Assembly: GCA_943704425.1 (NCBI GenBank) | Contig: CALSCP010000538.1 | Location: 1 to 42,812 of the forward strand | DNA: 42,812 nt | Direction: 5' to 3' | Source of the DNA: Ministeria vibrans ATCC 50519 | Lineage: Eukaryota > Protista > Filasterea | Shown here: piece by piece, positions 24,501-35,834 of the stretch | How positions within the stretch are numbered: position 1 is the first letter of the stretch | Layout: the number at the start of each line of letters is the position of its first letter | The notes under the pieces: model-generated | What the model was told of the DNA's origin: nothing | Database searches by the model: none | Seen by the model: only the letters and a program-made list of their open reading frames with translations | Made by a program: the position numbers and the translations under genes

Positions 24501-27500
24501 CACGTCGGCGGCCCGAACGTACGTGTCGCTTCCGCTAAGCCAGCATGTGATCCGGCGCATTGAGGGAAGTGTGCAGCAGTGGAAGATGCAGTCGGATGCG
24601 GTGCTGAGTGCGCGTGGGTTGTTTGAGAGTGTCCAACAGGACGCAGTGGTTGCGCCTGCGTTGGAAGTGCTTGCACGTCATCCAACGTTGTGTTACGCCT
24701 ACGCGCGTGACCTCATTGTGGGCTCGCTGTTTGCCGGTCAGCTGACGGGCGACGTGTCGCAGACGCTGCTCACCTCGGTAGACTTTGTGTTTGAGTGTTT
24801 TCGTGCGATGGTCGATGTGGAGACGGGGGCCGTCGTCAAGGAGGAGAAGAGCATTGCAGCGAGCGTCTGTGACTTGCATGTCGTGTTCGAGCGTAGTCGC
24901 GAGCACCTTATCACACTGCTGCTGACGCTCGAGCCGCTGTGTACCTTCTTTGACGATGTCGCTGTTGCACTCGAGTCATTGTCGACGCATTTGAAAGACT
25001 CGCAGTCCATTACGGGCGTGTGCTGTGATTTCTATCGTTGGGGCTTTGCCCAATTGTGGTCACAAGTTGCGTCGCTCAACTCGAGCGTCCGGCGCACCCT
25101 CTGGATTCATGTTGCCGAGCTTGTCAGTGCCCAGTTGGCTTCGGATGTGGAGCGAGTCGAGTCACTATTGCCCGAGTCGGCTGCCACGCAGCTTGTTTTG
25201 CTGCGTCTGTGCGTTGTGTTATTGCGCTTTACAAGCGCTGACGCAGCGGCCGCCTCGGCCACGGCGCAGTTTGTTGGTGATCACATGGCCGAGACCAGCT
25301 TTCCGGTGCTTTGCCGCGGCTTTGTGACCGCCATTGGCAACAAAGACTTCATTTTGGACGCGGACTCGCGTCGTCGTGCGCTCGAGGCGGCCCTGACCAT
25401 TCTCGTGGATGCTTCATCAATGCTCAGCGAAGTGTTTGTACGCGATCTTCTTGCCACTCTGGACGGATCATCTCAAGTGCGTGCGTGGTCGCTTCTCTCT
25501 GGTGAGCCTCCATTGGTTGATGCCAGGAGTGTTCAGCCTGACAAAGTAGAAGAGGCATCGAAACAGGCAGAAGTTGAGGAAGGAGAGGAGAAGAACAAGG
25601 CGGAGGAGGAGGAGGAGGAGGAGGAGGAGGGGATGGAACTGCCGACAGAAGCAGGCGGGTCTGTGGCAATTCAAATCCGTAGCTCTGTACGAGACTGGTT
25701 GGTGGCGAAACTTGTTGGGGTGGGTGCTGGCGGTGGTCGGGTGGAGGCGTACGCGAAGGAGCTTCACGATGTGGTTGCTTGTGTGTTTACAGCGTCACGA
25801 CAAGCGACGACAAACGACCGGGTCGACGAGTTGTCTCACTTCACGGGCGATCTTGGCATTCCGTTGCTGGACAGTGTGTACACTGTGCAGCGTGATGCGC
25901 TCCTTTCCAACGTCCAGCCGACGTTGCGCAGCCTTGTGGCCGAGACGACAGCATGCGAGCGCACCGAGCGACAGCTGCGTCGCGATGTGCTCTCGCTCGA
26001 CGACGGAGACGATCAGCAGGTTGTGGGCGAGTGGTTGTGCGAGCTTGTTCGCACTGCGGTGCTTCATGACCTTGTTGTGATTGTGGCGGCGCGTGGAGTT
26101 GCCTCGTCGGCAGGCACGTACCTGACGAACACGGATGCAGACCATAGTATTCGCGCTTGTGTTGAACGTGTACTTGCTGAGCGACCGGGTGCAACGCGGC
26201 TGTTTGTCGCGTCGATGCTTGACTGTCTTGGTGGTCACGAGGCATTTGTGGCACACGTGCGCGGTGATGTGCCTCAATGGCCACTCGTGTCGGTGGCCAT
26301 TCGTGACAGTTGCCTGACCGACGTACAGCCTCGCCACGTGCGTGCCTTTGACTTTTCCTTCGTCGATGGCAACGACGAAGCATCGCGAGCACAAGCGCTG
26401 CTCTACACCTCTCTTTGTGAAGCGCTCGCACGCACCGCCTCGAAGCGACAAGCTGACCATGGCGGTGAGCTAGTGTTGCGTGCAGTGGTCGCCGACGAGA
26501 GTGTGAGTGTCCTTGATGCGCGTCGCATCGTCGTGCTGGCGAGCTACCACGCGTGTTTACGTGCGTCTCGTTCGTATGCGGCTGCCAACGTTCTTGTTGA
26601 CGCGCTGCGCGAGCCTCTTCTGCTCACTGCCGTTGAGTGCAAGGTGTTGTTGTGGCTGCTGGACCGCGAGCGATTGCGTGTGATGGCGCCGTACGGACAA
26701 AACCAGCTGGTGGACCTGCTGCTTGACGAGCAGAGTGGAGCGCGCGACGTGACACGGACGGCTATAATCAATGTGTTGGCGACCGTTTTTGGGACGGAGC
26801 CGCGCAGTACACCATTGCATGCAGCTCTGTGGCACGCGCAGGACATGGTGGGCACGTACGGGCTGGGCATGACGAACAACTCGCGCATGGAGACCCTCGG
26901 TCTGGGTCATCGCGGAATTCTGGACTGCTACACCATTCTCAACGAACAGGGGGTGTCGCACCGTCGCTTGACTGGTGTGTCGCAGACTACGCTGCACATC
27001 ATCTACTTCCACCTTTTCGGCATGATGTCGCTGCAGCTGCTTGCGTGTGACGATGCTGAGACGGTGTACACGCGCGAACTGTTCAGTCATCGTGCTACAG
27101 ACGGGGATCCGTCGTATCCCTTGGTGACCGATCCATCAATGCGCTTGCGCAACTTTGTGTGGCAACGTGCGAGTGTCTCGCTGACGCACTTACAGTCGCA
27201 CTTGAGTCTTGATGACGACCAGACGCACGCGCTCAATGTGCGACTGCTTGAACATTTGCGAGACTACTCGCGAACCGATTGTCAGTGCGTTTTTAAGTCG
27301 AGCGAGGCGCGTCGTGCTTATGAGTTGGCGGCGTACGAAAACGTGTTTCAGCGCCTTGTGGCGTCGACGTCGGCACAGGATCTGTTAGACGAGCGGGCGC
27401 GTGCCGAAGAGACGCACGCCGCAGAGTCCATTGCGATTGTGCGGCTGCGTCGCGCAGTGTTCAAGCGAGCGGGTCAGCCGCATCAGCATGTGTTGTCGCT

Positions 27501-29958
27501 TTTGGATGCGGCTGTGCACTCGGGCGTCACCAGCGAGCCAGAGAAGCTAAGTGTGCGGCGTCTGCAGGCCTTTGTGCGCCACGAAGAGCACATGCGGCAC
27601 GGACCTTTGCTGGGCTACTGCGTCGAATTGTACACTTGGATTGGGCGCACCTACTCGGGCCTGTTGCGCGTCGACGATCTTGAGCGCCCTTTGCTGGAGT
27701 TTTTGGAGCGGCGTGCGCGCGTGGATCGGGCAGCGTCGCAACGAATGGTGCGGGTGTACCGCACGCTGTGCGACGCCTGGAACGCGTATGTCGACGTCTT
27801 TGGAGGGTTTGCAGTGGCCGGGGTGTGTCCCGATGCGGATACACTCAGGATGCATCTGGACGACACCTCCACGCTGGGCTTCTTTGTCACGCGTGCCGAC
27901 ACAGACAGTGTAACGGGCGTCAGTGGCGAGCACGGCGAGCTGGGTGGTGTGATTGGGTCGCCTGTGTGGGACGTGATGGATGTGCTGCGCAAGAACCACA
28001 ATCTGATCGTGACTAAACTACACGAAATTGCGGCGGACGAAGGACTTGCTGCAGCAGAACATGCGCCACGCGAGATGTCGATGGCGCGATTGACATCGCG
28101 CGACCCCACCCTGACGTTTCGTGTGCGTCAGGGCGTCGCGGCCGAGGTGGTGGCGGCGCACTCGATGGAGTCGGGCTACGATTGGCACGCGATCTGGTTG
28201 CATCTGTGCGCACTGACGCAAGCCATGGACAAGCCTTTGTTGGTGATGGACGGTCTGTGTATTCCGATGGTGGTTGCGGTGGACCAGGGTGCGTCGCTGG
28301 AGCGCGTGTCGGTGGGCCTGGAAATGGAACTGGCGGTGCGACTGGCAAACATGGAGGACGAGACAGTGCATGGTGCAAGTGCGCTTGTGGATGCTGCTGC
28401 TGCGGACGAGTGCCGTGCGGATCTTGCCGCTCAGCTGATGTTCTCGTTTGAGGACATTTCGCAGCATGCACGTGCGCTGTTTGAGGCACACGATCAGCTG
28501 CGGCAGATGCGTTCTGCGGCGCAGGACGTCACGACCTTTGAGCAGTCGCTGCGTCTCTCGACGATTGGCCATCTCCTCGAGCTGGCGGGACACAAGGGGC
28601 GCGACCTGCATCAGCGTGTGCTACAGGAGCCCGCGGTCATGCTCAAAACAGTGTTGCTGGTGCTGCAAACCAAGCTGGCACGTCTTGACTACCTGTTTGT
28701 GCACCACGGCCGTGAATTTAAGGAGGAGCCAAGCGAAGCGGCGGAGCGCCAGTTGCGAATGCGGCTGGGCAGGCTGACGGTGGAGCAAGGAGCGATTCTG
28801 TTGGAGCTGCTAGACACTCATGAGATCCAATTGTGTCAGAGGTGCTATTTGGACACGCCTCTAGGAGACCTGTTTGCGCGTGTGCTCTATGTTGAAGATG
28901 AGATTGCGGATGCGGTGCCACAAGGGATTTTGGGGTGCCATTTTGTGGCGCTGAAGCGAGCGGTGCATGTATGGCGACGAGCGTCGCTGAGCAAGGAGGC
29001 GCACCGACTACGTGCCGAAGGGGTGGCGCCGTGGGTGGAGAATGGGAATGAACAAGCGGCCATTGCCGCGGCGCACGCTGCCGTGATTCCGTGGTACGAG
29101 GCTGCCGCGCGTGAAACGACGGAAGTGAGGCTGCTAGACGAAGTGACAGCCGGTACAGATGTTTTTATTGCAGAGGGTGGTGTCACGATGCATGGGTCCG
29201 TGCCCATGGAAGAGTTGCAGTTCCGAGTGCGCGAGGCCATGGATGATGTGTATGGTGACGAGAGCGAAGCGGAGGAGGAGGAGGAAGAAGAAGAAGAGTA
29301 TGAGGGGGAGGAGGGCGAAGAAGAAGAGGACGATGGGCGCACGGAAATTCTTAATGGTGACGATGACTATGTACATGTGGACGGCGGCATGGGTGAGACT
29401 GAGAAGAAGAATGTCTATGAGGAGAAGGATGCAGCGGAGGAAGCGGATGAGGCAACGCGCATGGCCATGGACGAACGCGAAAGTATCACCTCAGTCTCTG
29501 CATGTGCGACGACCACGTCAACAATAGAAACCGCATCGAGTGCGCCGACTGCCACTGCGCCGACGCAGTCCATGATCTCCGATGGGAGTGACGCGATTGA
29601 TGCGACTGTTGCAGCCGTTGCTAAGGAAGCGGGTGGTGCAGTGACGATGGCGGAGGAGGTTGGCGAGCGCGCCATGTCGATAACGTCCGGAAGGCACGAC
29701 ATGGATTCGGCCATTGGAAGTACGATGGGATCGATGGGACGCGACGTGAGTGTGGTCTACGATGACGAGCGTGACGACCTGTGGATCGAGGAAGGTGCAA
29801 CGGCCCTGGAGGTGCATGAGATGCTAGCAACGCTATTTGGGTTTGACCTTGATCGAGTGCGGGTGATCATGCGAAATGCCCAGCGAGCAGTGGTTGCCGT
29901 TCCGCGTGGTCTCAATGCCGGCTGTACTTACACGGTCGAGTTGAGGACTCGCAAATAG
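21574..29958 (+). CDS. RNF213: RNF213/mysterin-like protein, apparently 5'-truncated (~2,750 aa). Exons 21574-21774 and 21910-29958; first in-frame ATG at 21616.
   Basis: Collinear with recalled RNF213 segments: HGSPDLT~QCSPHST; VVVFEEAD~VVVLDEVG; FGLRDFYHLI~FGLRDYYSLI; LLRNF; AMEHGRTIVMVN~CMETGKMVLLLN; SFFDLFNQHY~SLYDALNQYY; VHPKFQCIV~VHPNFRLIV; RFEKY~RLEKH; later SSEARRAYE~STKEMRNNWE and LRKNHNLIV~LIRLHNEIV. The symbol means family-like, not proven orthology. Confidence 0.8.
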
Positions 29959-30092
29959 ATATATATATATATATATATATATAGAGTTTGAGAGTTTGAG
30001 AGAGAGTTTGAGAGAGTTTGAGAGAGTTTGAGAGAGTTTGAGAGAGTTTGAGAGAGTTTGAGAGAGTTTGAGAGAGAGAGAGAGAGAGGCGC

Positions 30093-30174
<82 letters not shown>
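29959..30174. repeat. Compound satellite (AT)n-(AGAGAGTTTG)n-(GA)n-(GC)n-(GT)n between convergent stop codons
   Basis: Starts right after TAG at 29958; seven perfect 10-mers at 30001-30070. Confidence 0.97.
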
Positions 30175-30176
<2 letters not shown>

Positions 30177-30236
30177 AGATGAAGTAAATATAAAAATGAT
30201 AATAATCAATTACAATAATTTTAATACTTTCAAGAG

Positions 30237-32221
30237 TTAAGAGACGGGATGGTTGGGACGTGGAGGGCGCCGTGGAAGGCCCGGTTCGGGCTTGAGCCGG
30301 CGGAGGGCAGTAATGGCAGCGTCAAAGGTGGATGATTCCATGGAAAGGTTGTCATCAACGAGGGCGAGTGAGGTGACGGGTAACGAAATTGGAGGCGCGG
30401 GAACTTGCTGGGAACGCACTGGAGGTTGTGGTTCGGCGGTGGTCATCGTGGGCAGACCAAGCTCGAATGAGGGTTTCAGTTTGGCATCGTCGATACTAGG
30501 GTTAGATGGCAAGGAAGACGCAGTGAGCGGGGGAGGAGGAGGCATGTGCAATGAAGGGGCCTCTGGGAGCGGAGATTGGAGAGAAGAAGTGCTTGTTGGG
30601 AGGGGAGGCGGCGAGGCGGGGGGGTCGGAGAGGGAGACACGGCGTGGCGTGTGCATCTTCCTCTTTGATGTAGGGGTGTGCAGAGTTGATTGCGGTGGAG
30701 TGGGAGAAGCGGGTGGGGCGATGCTCTGGAGAAAGACGGTCGCCCTTGACTTTGCGTCTTGAGGGTGGGAGGAAAGTGAGGTGCGATGACGCGCTCGCGG
30801 AGAAGGGGGAGGAGAGGGCGATACGTGTAACGAAAGTCGACCGGGTGGACTGGCGCCGGAAGGGCGCACAAGGTGAGAGGCAAGGCGAATAACGCCACCC
30901 TCGGAGCGTCTGCTGCTGCGGTCGATCTCCACGAGCCTGTCAAGGCATCTCAGCAGTGCGAGCAGAGAGCGGAAGCCCAGGCGGTCGTAGTTAAGTTGCT
31001 GTCGTGCGCTGTCGGAGAAGGCAGCAAGGAATCGCGAGGCGGGCACACCGGCGGGATAACGCAGTAGTGTTTGGACGACTTTCATGCCGACACCGCAATA
31101 GATGCGCTTGTCGCTGTTTCCCGTCGCGCTATTAATGACATGACGCGCCCGGGAGATGATCTCACGAGGGGAAATGCTAGGTGGCGAGGAGGGGTCGGGG
31201 GGCGGCGATGGGACCGAGAGACGACTGCGCAGACGATCAAGTGAAGGCGGCGATGGGGAGCGACGGGACATGCGCGCGCGCAATTGCGCATTCAATGTGA
31301 GAGGTGAAGGGGGGCGCTCTCGCTGATGATACGAAGTCGATCGAGGAGGTGACCGTGATCGATTGCGAAACAATAGCGCACTGCTGGTTCTGGGCGGTGA
31401 ACGCGAACGAGTGCGAGATCGATTAGGTTGGCGAGTGTCGGGTGAAGAGAGTGACGAGCCAACAACAATGCGCCTGGCCGATGGAGAAGGAGTTGTTGAT
31501 CGCCTGCGATGCGACCGCGAGGGCGATCTTGACCGTGAGCGACAGTTGAATTGTCCAGATTGGAGGTGTGCTGTGGCTGAGGACGGGGATTGGTCGCGAG
31601 TAACAACGACACGACGCACTCTCGATGGCGACGACCAAGGCGGGCTCCTGGAGCGCGATCGACGACGCAGCAGACGCGGCGGTGGTGGTGATGGTGGTGA
31701 CGGTGATGATGCCCGTGGTGGTGGTGGCAGTGGCGGTGGTGGTGATGCACGCGGCCAGGAGCGGGAGTGGTGGTGCTGCGGAGATGGGAAGCGGGATCGA
31801 AATGGTCGGGAGCGGGAGTGGTGGTGCTGCGGAGATGGGCTGCGGGAGCGTAAGGGTCGTGGCGAACGCGAACCTAGACGCAGTGAAATGGAACTGTTGC
31901 TTGCGAATGGAGGCAAAGCGGCGGCACTCGTCGCCGTGGAAGCATCACGGTGCGCCTGGATGGCGGTGGGCGCTGACGAGAGCGCGCGCTTGCCACAGCG
32001 GGCGCAAAAGAGCGTCGACGAGCACTGCTTGCACACTCCATGGCAGCAGGGCACCAGAAACACAAGGTATTCCACGGGCAAGTGGCAGTTGCCACACACC
32101 AGGGGGGCGTCGTCGAAGGCCACCTCGAGTTTCTGTCCGACCTGACGTCTAAAGATGTGCAGACGGGTGAATGTTGAGTTGGTGTGGACACGCAGGGGCA
32201 AGCGACAGCGCACTACCTCAT
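30237..32221 (-). CDS. RING (C3HC4, Hakai/CBLL1-like) + RS/Pro-rich region + LOTUS/OST-HTH domain protein, ~638 aa. Exons 32217-32221 (ATGAG micro-exon) and 30237-32148.
   Basis: CGNCHLPVEYLVFLVPCCHGVCKQCSSTLFCARC (31995-32096); multiple RSRSRSP tracts; LLRYPAGVPASRFLAAFSDSARQQLNYDRLGFRSLLALLRCLDRLVEI (~30870-31095) fits the LOTUS pattern. ATG AG|gt...ag|A CGT restores the frame. Confidence 0.72.
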
Positions 32222-32398
32222 TGGGACCCTCGAGAACGCCAGAACGAAGCGGAGTTGTCAGAGCCGCGTGAAGAAGTACGATTTGAGAACAAGGAAGGGG
32301 CAGGGAAAGAGGCGGTACTTATGGGAAGAGGAACGAGTAAATTGTGAAACTCGTCGTAATCATTCATTTTTAAACTCCTTCACAGATCTGTTCTTTCT
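32222..32398. promoter_or_regulatory. Probable compact bidirectional promoter (RING-LOTUS gene / NFXL1)
   Basis: Only 177 bp separate the two predicted divergent start codons. Confidence 0.5.
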
Positions 32399-35120
32399 AT
32401 GGATCCTGGTGGAGTTCCCGAGCAAGCTCGTGGGCGAGGGCGAGGGCGAGGGCGAGGGCGAGGGCGAGGGGCTCGGCCAGAAGGAGTGCCGTGCGCCGCC
32501 GTGTTGTCGCCCGTCGACATTCTCGCTGCTGAACACGCCAAAACGCGCGCGGCCGTCGAGAAGTTTGCTAGTAGTATGTCGCGGAGAGTGGTGCCCACCT
32601 GGGTGGTCTGTGGAACCAACCTGTTGCTTTTGTATTCGTTTCTCAGGCGCAGATGCGGAAGGAACATTCGACGACGCTTCCTCAGACGACGCTTCCTCAG
32701 ACGACGACGACGATGGCGGTGGTAGGCGGCAGATTCTGCAGGGGGTCTTGGGGGACGCGGTGGACGACGCCACGAGTGTCGAGCGAGTGAGCGAAGCGAT
32801 TTCACAGGCTAAACGCTCGTCGGCCAACACCTGTCTCATCTGCTTGTCGGGTGTGCGACGGCACGAGCCCATGTGGTGCTGCGGACAGTGCCGTGTCATG
32901 TTTCATCTGCAGTGCATGCAGTCATGGGTGCGCGATGGCGCACCGTCGCAAGTAGACGAGGCTGGTCGCGCCGTTCGCTCGGCACTCTTCCACTGTCCCA
33001 AGTGCCGTCAAGAGTATAGCGTTGCCAACGACTACCCAAGTCGCTACGTGTGCTACTGTGGCAAAACACAAGATCCTTTGGACGATTTGTGGCTGCCAGC
33101 ACACGCCTGCGATCAGCCATGCCATCGCCTCTTTGCCTGTGGACACAAGTGCAGGCAAGTGGCAAACGTTCCGGAACCACTTTCAATTGTTTGTTGACAC
33201 TGCACTTATATTCTCATGTACAGATTACGGTGCCATCCGGGTCCCTGTCCGCCGTGCACATACATGCTTCAGGCATCGTGCTACTGCGAGAATACGTCGA
33301 CGATGCGACGGTGCATCCAGGCGGCGCACAGCTGTGGAGGGGTGTGCGGGCGGTTGCTGAGCTGCGGCAAGCATCGGTGCACACAGACATGTCACGCGGG
33401 GCCATGTGCCGAGTGTACGCTGCAGGAATCGCACGCGTGTCGCTGCGGGCGGCGCACCGAAGAGCGTCCCTGTGCCGAACACGTTTGGAGCTGTGGGATG
33501 CCCTGTGGCCAGGCGTTCCCGTGCGGGGCGCATGTGTGCGAGGTCGAGTGCCACGCTGGGCCCTGTGCGCCGGCGTGTGCGCGCTCTGGCAAACGTACGT
33601 GTCCCTGTGGGAAGACAAATTTTTCTTTACCATGTACCAGTGAAGTGCCGACGTGTCCCGACACGTGTGGACGGCCCATGGTCTGTGGCTTGCACGAGTG
33701 CACGCGCCGCTGCCATGTCGGTGACTGTGGCGACTGTCGCGTCGTTGTCCAGAAGACGTGTCGTTGTGGAGGCGCTAGTCGTACCATACCGTGTTCCGAG
33801 GAGTTTCTGTGTGACCGTCGCTGTGCGACTGTGCGGCAGTGCGGCCGTCACAAGTGCAAGAAGCGCTGTTGCGATGGCTGTTCCGAGTGCCAGGAGCCGT
33901 GTGCGCGCCGTCTTGCCTGTGGCAAGCACAAGTGTGCGTCGTTGTGCCATGGCGCATCCCCTTGCTACCCCTGCACCCTCACGGAGACGCTGTCGTGCCG
34001 TTGTGGTGCCACAACCTTGTCAGTTCCATGTGGTGCGCGTCGTGCTGCGTCTCGTCAGGTGCGCTGCCGGCAGCCATGTACTTTGCCCTCCTCGTGCCAG
34101 CACCCCCCCGCACCGCACACGTGCCACGCAACAGGCCCCTGCGCACCGTGTAAGGAACAGTGTGGGCGTGTGCTGTCTTGCGGACACGCCTGTACCGCTG
34201 CGTGCCACGGAACCGAGTCGCCCTGTCCCACACGTTGCTCCATTGTTGTCCACGTCCCTTGTGCCTGCGGTCGCGACACCATTGCTCTGCCTTGCTCGCT
34301 GCTCACTCCAGGCGTGCCCCTCTCCTGTGGCGCACCCTGCGATCGACCACTGGGCACATGCGGGCGCTGTCGCTGTTCGGTGCTTTGCGCAGTACACACG
34401 TGCGATCCCGTGTGCGGCAAGGATTGCACGCAGCCACGCCCGTGTGCGCACCCGTGCCGCATTGGCCACTGCCACAAAGGTCACTGTCCGCCGTGTCATC
34501 ACTCGTCGACTCGCCCCTGTCACTGCGGCACCGTCTCTCTGGTCATTCTATGTGGCGAGGAGCACAGTGGTAGCTGTGGCAGTCGCTGTCCCGCCAAGCT
34601 TGACTGTGGCCACTCGTGCCGTCTCACCTGCCATACGGGCCCCTGCAGCTCGCCCACCGAGTGTTCCAAGCGTGTTACCGTCAAGTGTCCCTGTGGTCGA
34701 CGCAAAGACATGCGAGAGTGCCGCGAGGCGGCCACCGCGCGTATTGAGTGCGATAACGGGTGCATAGTGGCTCGGCAGGCGAGCCGAGAACAAGCGCGTG
34801 AGCGTGAACGGCGTCAAGACGAAGAGACGGCGCGTGCACATCAGGCGGAGCTGGCTGCCTTTGAGAAACGTCAACAACGTGTCGCTGCAAGTATTGCGCA
34901 CCACACGGTATCCGGCGACAACGGCGGCGCTCGGCAGCGCCGTAAAAAGCGTCGCTCGGATGTGGACGACGAGGACGACCCGCGCGAGCCTGTCCTGCTG
35001 GTCCGGCTCATGCTGCGGTCCGGCTTCCTCGTCCTCGCCCATTGGCGCGCTCTCGTGACTCTCTCTCTTCTCTCGCTCTTTGTCTGGGCACTGGCCGTCT
35101 TTGTTGACTGGGAGAACTGA
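32399..35120 (+). CDS. NFXL1: NF-X1-type zinc-finger protein NFXL1, ~859 aa. Exons 32399-32573, 32647-33154, 33224-35120.
   Basis: CLICLSGVRRHEPMWCCGQCRVMFHLQCMQSW...CPKCR (RING/PHD-like); YVCYCGK; many CGxHxCxxxCHxGPC NF-X1 repeats; coiled region; C-terminal hydrophobic segment (ALVTLSLLSLFVWALAVFV) and no R3H domain, which fits NFXL1 rather than NFX1. Confidence 0.88.
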
Positions 35121-35406
35121 ATCCTGTATCAAATAAATTTATTAATTTGTCAATAATGAGTGTTTTTGGTTGTTCACTGCACGAGAGTCGAGGGGTCGAG
35201 CCCGCCCGGCTCGAGAGGTCGTATCGAGTATGACATTTGTGTGTGTAAAACTGTGCATATGACAAGCTAGAGTCGATGTTCTCTTCTTGACTTCTTCCCT
35301 CTCTCTTTTGCCTCTGATCAACCATCGAGTAAAAACTGAAAAAGTAAGTTTCAAGTAAAAATTAAAAATCAGTCTTTTTTACTCAAATCTGCGAACACTC
35401 TCGAAA

Positions 35407-35798
35407 ATGAGCGCTGGCGTAAGTACCAACTGTGTTGCCCCATTTACTCATGCGTGTCGCTGTATGTGCTCAATGTGTTGCACAAAGAAAAAAAAAAAAA
35501 AAACACGAATGTGTTCCTCCACGTGTAAATACGTACAGGAGGTTTTCGACGGCGTTGTCGATTCCCACACTTGCGTTTGCCAAAGGGATCGGGCGTGAGG
35601 CAAGGGCGGCGTCTGCGCTGCTTCCTGGAGCACTGCGATGGCGGCGAATGAGCAATCGGCGTTCCCATCCGCCCTTCCTCGCCGCCCCTCTCCTCCCTTG
35701 TGTCGTTGCCGGCCCATGGGTCGCGCGGAGTCGTCTCGCTCGTACGCCGCCAATGCGGTTCAATCTCGTGTTGCACAGAGGAGAAACAGAAAAAGAGG

Positions 35799-35834
<36 letters not shown>

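Noticed and set aside
29983-30070. Telomere-like or CRISPR-like array
   Set aside because: Head-to-tail 10-mer with no spacers, internal location, evidently derived from (GA)n.
32399-35120. Calling this ZNFX1, the RZ-finger relative of RNF213
   Set aside because: No SF1 helicase or RZ finger; RING-like domain, NF-X1 repeats and C-terminal TM indicate NFXL1.
35186-35230. TCGAG-rich palindrome upstream of EEF1G
   Set aside because: Short, and not distinguishable from chance without genome-wide statistics.
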